Assembly (NCBI GenBank): GCA_964354405.1
Contig: CAYGZP010000002.1
Coordinates: 71,671 to 135,670, forward strand
DNA: 64,000 nt
Direction: 5' to 3'
Source: Candidatus Woesearchaeota archaeon
GTDB lineage: Archaea > Nanobdellota > Nanobdellia > Pacearchaeales > UBA284
A program made the position numbers and the translations under genes. Shown one piece after another: positions 59,511 to 64,000 of this stretch. The notes under the pieces were generated by a model, which made no database searches, was not told where the DNA came from, and saw nothing but the letters and a program-made list of their open reading frames with translations. Within the stretch, counting starts at the first letter, position 1. Each line of letters opens with the position of its first letter.

Positions 59511-60221
59511 ATGAGAATAGAATTAGATGAGAGGCCGCAAAAACCAATAATCATCGAAGGTTTTCCAGGATTCGGTTTTGTTTCTACTATAGCAACTGAG
59601 TTTCTGATAAGACATCTAGGAGCTAAACCTATAGGCAGAATTGTAAGTGATAAAATCTCGCCTGTAGCCGCGATTCACAAATCCGCGCTCATCTATCCTT
59701 TAGAGATATTTTACGATAAAAAAACAAACATCTTGTTAGTTCAGGCTGTAACTCCAGTTGATGGCCTCGAGTGGGACATCGCCGATACTTTAGTAAGATT
59801 AGCCAAGGAACTCAAAGCAAAGGAGTTTATCGGACTCGAAGGAGTTTCATCAACAGCCCAGATAAAAGATCCTCAAGTTTTCTTTTATTCTGCCCAGCAA
59901 GGAAAAAACAAAGCAATGCAGGATATGAAAATCAAGCCCTTAGATGAAGGTATTATCATCGGAGTCACAGGAGCATTATTAATGAAAATGAAAGAGACTC
60001 CAATCTCATGTTTCTTTGTCGAGACACATTCAGACTTGCCTGATAACAAGGGGGCGGCAAAGTTAATCGAGACATTAGACAAATATCTTGGATTATCAAT
60101 CGACCCCAAGCCACTTTTAGTCAAGGCCAAGGAGTTCGAAGAAAAGCTCAAAGACTTGTTCACAAAACTCGCAGAAGTCAAGACAGAAAAAGAAAAGAAA
60201 CAATTAAGTTATATGGGTTAA
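59511..60221 (+). CDS. PAC2 family proteasome assembly chaperone
   Basis: IIEGFPGFG.V..IA, I.GVTGALL, PD..GAA; C-terminal SYMG tail; GGTGA SD. Confidence 0.88.
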   Translation: MRIELDERPQKPIIIEGFPGFGFVSTIATEFLIRHLGAKPIGRIVSDKISPVAAIHKSALIYPLEIFYDKKTNILLVQAVTPVDGLEWDIADTLVRLAKELKAKEFIGLEGVSSTAQIKDPQVFFYSAQQGKNKAMQDMKIKPLDEGIIIGVTGALLMKMKETPISCFFVETHSDLPDNKGAAKLIETLDKYLGLSIDPKPLLVKAKEFEEKLKDLFTKLAEVKTEKEKKQLSYMG

Positions 60222-60255
60222 TCAATCACGATTTAATCAATCGCAATTATTATTC

Positions 60256-60627
60256 TCACTTATCTTTCTCAAAGAATTTGAATGTCGACGCAATATCAAT
60301 GATATACTTGCCTTCCTCAAGCTTGTAGATGACTGGTTTTTTCTTGAACAGCGATACAATATCAATCTCAAACTTGCCTGGTTTGGTTATTTTAATTGAT
60401 TCCAAGTCAAGAATCACTGGTTTATCAATCTCCGACCCTATAACCTCTTTGATATCCTCCATAATCTCCTCTCTCTCAACCTTTGTCAATTTCTCAGTCT
60501 CTTCTTTCATCAATATATCTTCATTCCTGAAAAAGAAAAAATAATGGCTCCCGCATTCACAGCCTTTCAAAATCTCAGGAGCTGTTGACTCATAAATATT
60601 GCCGCATTTAACACATCTGTGACTCAT
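60256..60627 (-). CDS. oapC: Zn-ribbon protein OapC (DUF2072)
   Basis: H.C.KCG..Y...ILKGC.CG..F; ESI.I..PGKFEID..L; G.Y.ID. Confidence 0.85.
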   Translation of the reverse strand: MSHRCVKCGNIYESTAPEILKGCECGSHYFFFFRNEDILMKEETEKLTKVEREEIMEDIKEVIGSEIDKPVILDLESIKITKPGKFEIDIVSLFKKKPVIYKLEEGKYIIDIASTFKFFEKDK

Positions 60628-60674
60628 GATTAATTTAAAACTCGATAGTTTTTATTCTTTTCTATGATTCAGGA

Positions 60675-61058
60675 CTATTTTCTAAGAAGCAGTTGTAATT
60701 TTGTCGGGTCTTTTTTGATTTCCCGCACAACTGTTGCTGGCCCGATTATTGTGAAAACATCACGATTAGCACCAAGTAAAGCTTTGGCGAGATTTTCCTT
60801 GATTGACTGTCCGAAAGGCAAGTTTTTTGTTTTTGGTGCGAAACTTGCAAGCTCGATGCCCTTGAATCTCGAGCTCCCCCGAATCTTTTTCATTGTCTCT
60901 TGAATTAAATCAGCTTCCTCTTCCGAAGCGAGTTTACCCTGAACAAGAAGAATCTTGTCTTCTGTAACCAAATCTATAAGTCTTTTAACTCTCTGAAATG
61001 AAGTTAGATAAGCAATTTCACCATAAGGCACAAATTGTAATGTTACATTTTTTGCCAT
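60675..61058 (-). CDS. oapB: OapB (DUF2073) family protein
   Basis: EEEA.LI..TM, F.GIE, T.IGPA..V..IKK. Confidence 0.85.
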   Translation of the reverse strand: MAKNVTLQFVPYGEIAYLTSFQRVKRLIDLVTEDKILLVQGKLASEEEADLIQETMKKIRGSSRFKGIELASFAPKTKNLPFGQSIKENLAKALLGANRDVFTIIGPATVVREIKKDPTKLQLLLRK

Positions 61059-61062
61059 TTTT

Positions 61063-61242
61063 CTATACTCCAGCGCGAGTTTCTAATCCTCCTTTTTTAT
61101 TCTCTTCCATTATCTTTCGCAATCGTACAGAATCTTTTATAAGTAGTTTGGTGCCTTCTCTAAGTGCATCTATTTGTTTTTTTTTGATAGGATATTCTCT
61201 ATAATAACATACCCCATATTTTCTTTTGATTAATCTATACAT
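61063..61242 (-). CDS. 59-aa basic hypothetical protein between oapA and oapB, not in ORF track
   Basis: MYRLIKRKYGVCYYREYPIKKKQIDALREGTKLLIKDSVRLRKIMEENKKGGLETRAGV*; 2-bp and 4-bp gaps to its neighbours. Confidence 0.6.
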   Translation of the reverse strand: MYRLIKRKYGVCYYREYPIKKKQIDALREGTKLLIKDSVRLRKIMEENKKGGLETRAGV

Positions 61243-61244
61243 TT

Positions 61245-61892
61245 TTACTTGCCCCTTCTCTTTTTTATCAGATCAAATAATTGCGAGTAAAATTCCGCAA
61301 TATTCCCTCCGCTCTTGGCGCTCATCCCGACAACCTTATATTCTGGAAAAGCAGCTTCAATTTTCTTGATGTTAGCACCCCTCAAATCTGTCTTGTTCGC
61401 CGCGATTAACACAGGAATCTTTCGTGCCACAAGATTTCCAATGATAGTTATGTTAACTTGCGTGTAAGGATTCTTGCTCGAGTCTAACACAACTATAACA
61501 GCATCCATGTCATCAAGCCATTTAATAGCCTCTATCACACCCTGTGTTGCTTCCTTGGCCCTCTTCTTGGCTTCCTTGACACTCATTCCATAAGGCAAGA
61601 AATCTTCATAATCAATCTTTGTCGCGATTCCAGGAGTGTCAATGATTTTGAATGTAGCTTTTTTGTTGTTGAACTTGATATCCACCTTCTCTTTTGATTG
61701 GATCTCGCGAGTCTCATGAGGAACTTTGCTCACTTTGCCTAATTCATCGCCTGTCCAATCCTTGCAGATATGATTAGCCAATGTAGTCTTGCCTCCGTTC
61801 GGCGGCCCGTAAAAGCCAAGCTTGACATTTCGCTTCACAGCGAACAAATCGCCGAAAAAATTCATGAAAAAATCTGTAATGAAATTTGCCAT
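61245..61892 (-). CDS. oapA: Era-like GTPase OapA
   Basis: GPPNGGKTT, PHETR, DTPG, EATQGVIEA, NKTD, SAK; adjacent to oapB/C. Confidence 0.9.
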   Translation of the reverse strand: MANFITDFFMNFFGDLFAVKRNVKLGFYGPPNGGKTTLANHICKDWTGDELGKVSKVPHETREIQSKEKVDIKFNNKKATFKIIDTPGIATKIDYEDFLPYGMSVKEAKKRAKEATQGVIEAIKWLDDMDAVIVVLDSSKNPYTQVNITIIGNLVARKIPVLIAANKTDLRGANIKKIEAAFPEYKVVGMSAKSGGNIAEFYSQLFDLIKKRRGK

Positions 61893-61979
61893 CTTTTTCT
61901 TTTCTCCCTTTTGCTCTTTATCGCTTGGGTATTTAATTAAATCAACGCGCTACTATTTAAACATTACGCTACTAAAATA

Positions 61980-62010
61980 GATAAATTATAGAATTTACCG
62001 ACGATAAATT
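61980..62010. promoter_or_regulatory. near-perfect 19-bp palindrome plus shared 14-mer upstream of oapA
   Basis: AATTTACCGACGATAAATT (61992-62010); GATAAATTATAGAA (61980-61993) is identical to 52770-52783. Confidence 0.55.
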
Positions 62011-62029
62011 TAAATAAGCACTAAGAAAT

Positions 62030-62284
62030 TTATTTCTCATAAACTTTACTACGATGCTCAAATCTCAAGAAATAGATTGTATTGCTATCGAATGCATAGA
62101 TTAATCTGAAATGTCCTATTCTAACACTTCTTTCCCCTTTTAGATTATATCTTAGAGGTTTGCCAGTTTCGGGTTTTCCTAGTATCTTAGCAATCTGTTT
62201 TTTTATTCTTTCTTTTGTCAAAGAATCTTTTATTTTTTCAGTCTGTTTTATAAAGTCGGGCGACCTCCAAACATTTCTTACCAT
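62030..62284 (-). CDS. RelE/ParE family toxin
   Basis: P..GKPLR..L.G.RS.RIG.FRLIY, HR..VY. Confidence 0.88.
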   Translation of the reverse strand: MVRNVWRSPDFIKQTEKIKDSLTKERIKKQIAKILGKPETGKPLRYNLKGERSVRIGHFRLIYAFDSNTIYFLRFEHRSKVYEK

Positions 62285-62529
62285 TTTTCTAAATCTTTTA
62301 GAAATTCGGCAGTATTTTGTTTTTTACCTTTTCCTGCTGCAAGATCGTCCCATGCTTTCTTAATACTCTTTAGAGTCTCAAGCTCTTCTCTTGTTATATT
62401 GGGAATACTTTTCAAAATAACCATACCATCAACTTCTGTCACTAAAAAAGGTGTGCCTGGCTTAAAGTCTTTTCTGATTTTTTCAGGTATGACAACTTGT
62501 CCTTTTGAACTCAACTTTGTTATTTCCAT
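62278..62529 (-). CDS. AbrB/MazE-type antitoxin
   Basis: ITKLSSKGQVVIP..IR; overlaps the toxin start. Confidence 0.88.
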   Translation of the reverse strand: MEITKLSSKGQVVIPEKIRKDFKPGTPFLVTEVDGMVILKSIPNITREELETLKSIKKAWDDLAAGKGKKQNTAEFLKDLEKW

Positions 62530-62532
62530 ATA

Positions 62533-62553
62533 AAAGTAAGAATTTCTTACTTT
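62533..62553. promoter_or_regulatory. perfect inverted repeat, TA operator candidate
   Basis: AAAGTAAGAA-T-TTCTTACTTT between the TATA box and the antitoxin ATG. Confidence 0.7.
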
Positions 62554-62602
62554 ATAAATATTCCGCTTAGCTCCCTTACAAAGTAAAATTTATCTTAACT
62601 CA

Positions 62603-64000
62603 TCACTCAACATCCGAAGGCCAGATGATTGTGCAAGGCTCACTGACTCCATTCATGCACTCATCATAGCATTTCACAAACCAAGGGGCGCCGTCCCATA
62701 TCGTTCTATGTTCACTATCGCCAGTTGGTTCAAATTTCTTAGCATTTAAAGTATTGTTTGCCATAAAGTTACAGTTATCTATCTTATTGCCAAAAGCATA
62801 ATGATATGTACATGTAGCTCTCTCGTCAGTTCTCAAGACTAAACTTCCTGAATCTTTGTATAATCGTGTGACTAAAGGCACGACATTATCAACCTTAACT
62901 TCAAAAGTAGTTGAATTCTGAACAATGTTCGCGACATCCTTGCAGGAGATTTCTATAGTATTCATACCCATGCTAACTCCTGCTTTAGTTTCATGACTCG
63001 TGTCTCCTGTCTCGCTGAATACAGTCCATATCGTTTCAGTAGGTTTTTTCCAATAGCATGTCGCAACGCCATTATTAGTTCCTTCAGCTGTTGTAACTTT
63101 CAAATCCACTCGAGGAGTGAACCCGCAGCCACTTACAACAGCGCCATCAGCAGGTTCAATGCTTGTAACAAGTAAAGGAGGCGCAGGGAAAAGTTCAAGC
63201 ACATAACTTTGAGGCATTGTATTGTTCTGAGGACTCATATCTTTGCATCTCAAATAGAAGAAATTAGTAACCTCAGGCTGCAATCCGGTTAATGTAGTTC
63301 TCCCAAAGAAATTTATTCCAGTAATCTCAGAAACATTAAATTCGTTGCTCATCTGTTCATAAATTACATCTTGTTTAGCCCATCTGCAAGTCGCGGGCTC
63401 ATTAGTGTAAACATATAATGTTAATTGCTCAACTCTTCCAATGCTTGAGCCAGTTGCCGGAGATGTCGCAACTATTTCAGGCGCGGTAGTATCCGGCTCT
63501 GTACAAACTTCAAATAAAACAGTGTCTGTATTCGCTCTATTATCATTTCTATCTCGGCATTTATAATAAATTGTATGCGAGCCGTTTTGTGTCGGAGTGA
63601 ACTTAGTTTCAAACATGTGCTCTTGCCAATATCCATTATCACCAAAATAAGCCATAGGATTATCAAAGTCAAGTGATTGATTATCTAAATCAAGGATACA
63701 TTGGGCCCTTTCATCTGTTGTTAAGTTAAAGCTTATTGGCATCCATGCTTTGACACAAGGTGAAGCGCTCTTACAACCATATTCATTGTTTTCAATCTTT
63801 TTCTTGCACGAGATATATCTTGGGGCGGTTGTGTCATTTTGATTCTCCCATACACATCTTCCAGTGTTGCTATTAAACACGCATGCTTGTCCTAAGCTCA
63901 AGCATCTATCGTCATTGCAAGGCTTCAGAGGATCCTCATTGCAAACATGACAGTCCTTACCTCCTGGAGGTGCTTGCCACTCTAGGCAGTTGAAATCATA
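62603..64000 (-). CDS. large Cys-rich extracellular protein with Ig-like repeats (partial, 5' end beyond window)
   Basis: Frame is open to the window edge (YDFNCLEWQAPPGGKDC..CN..PC..RC.SLGQAC); repeated DTTAP, T.E.A.C and Y..C.D..N modules. Confidence 0.8.
   Translation of the reverse strand, partial: YDFNCLEWQAPPGGKDCHVCNEDPLKPCNDDRCLSLGQACVFNSNTGRCVWENQNDTTAPRYISCKKKIENNEYGCKSASPCVKAWMPISFNLTTDERAQCILDLDNQSLDFDNPMAYFGDNGYWQEHMFETKFTPTQNGSHTIYYKCRDRNDNRANTDTVLFEVCTEPDTTAPEIVATSPATGSSIGRVEQLTLYVYTNEPATCRWAKQDVIYEQMSNEFNVSEITGINFFGRTTLTGLQPEVTNFFYLRCKDMSPQNNTMPQSYVLELFPAPPLLVTSIEPADGAVVSGCGFTPRVDLKVTTAEGTNNGVATCYWKKPTETIWTVFSETGDTSHETKAGVSMGMNTIEISCKDVANIVQNSTTFEVKVDNVVPLVTRLYKDSGSLVLRTDERATCTYHYAFGNKIDNCNFMANNTLNAKKFEPTGDSEHRTIWDGAPWFVKCYDECMNGVSEPCTIIWPSDVE

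Noticed and set aside
61893..62029. Replication origin next to oapA
   Set aside because: oap genes flank an origin in some archaea, but this gap is short, has no recognisable ORB repeats and no cdc6/orc1 is nearby.
1..64000. Numerous 60-160 aa antisense or overlapping ORFs in the track; tRNA, rRNA, CRISPR, transposase or integrase genes
   Set aside because: The short ORFs are shadows of well-supported genes on the other strand or frame. By eye I found no cloverleaf, rRNA-like tract, repeat-spacer array or recombinase motif; tRNAscan-SE and Infernal would be needed to confirm.

Overview
A gene-dense, AT-rich stretch of archaeal chromosome. It is most consistent with a small-genome DPANN archaeon (Pacearchaeota/Woesearchaeota-like), inferred from archaeal L10e/L15e/L7Ae/S28e/L24e/L41e, aEF-2, Kae1, RpoL, Nre, PAC2 and oapABC, TATA-box promoters, and many short orphan and Cys-rich surface proteins. 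Housekeeping genes cover translation, tRNA modification, a type IV pilus motor and glycosylation. Five things stand out. (1) A tightly coupled operon iorA-iorB-pta-cooS-ackA, flanked by a ZIP transporter and a DUF134 regulator with a perfect 20-bp palindrome. It joins a compact Ni-CO dehydrogenase that keeps all its ligands to 2-oxoacid oxidation and acetate-kinase ATP synthesis. (2) Three directly repeated dif-like 28-29 bp sites that bound single-function cassettes (a TVP38 gene and a RelE toxin-antitoxin pair). (3) A secreted protein whose C-terminal half looks like a bacterial outer-membrane beta-barrel. (4) A DisA/DHH pair that may be a c-di-AMP module. (5) A motif shared by the promoters of trmB, oapA and an S-layer-like gene. 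I also found several small ORFs missing from the ORF track, including L41e. No rRNA, tRNA, CRISPR array, integrase or transposase was seen. All calls come from reading motifs by eye; no searches were run.
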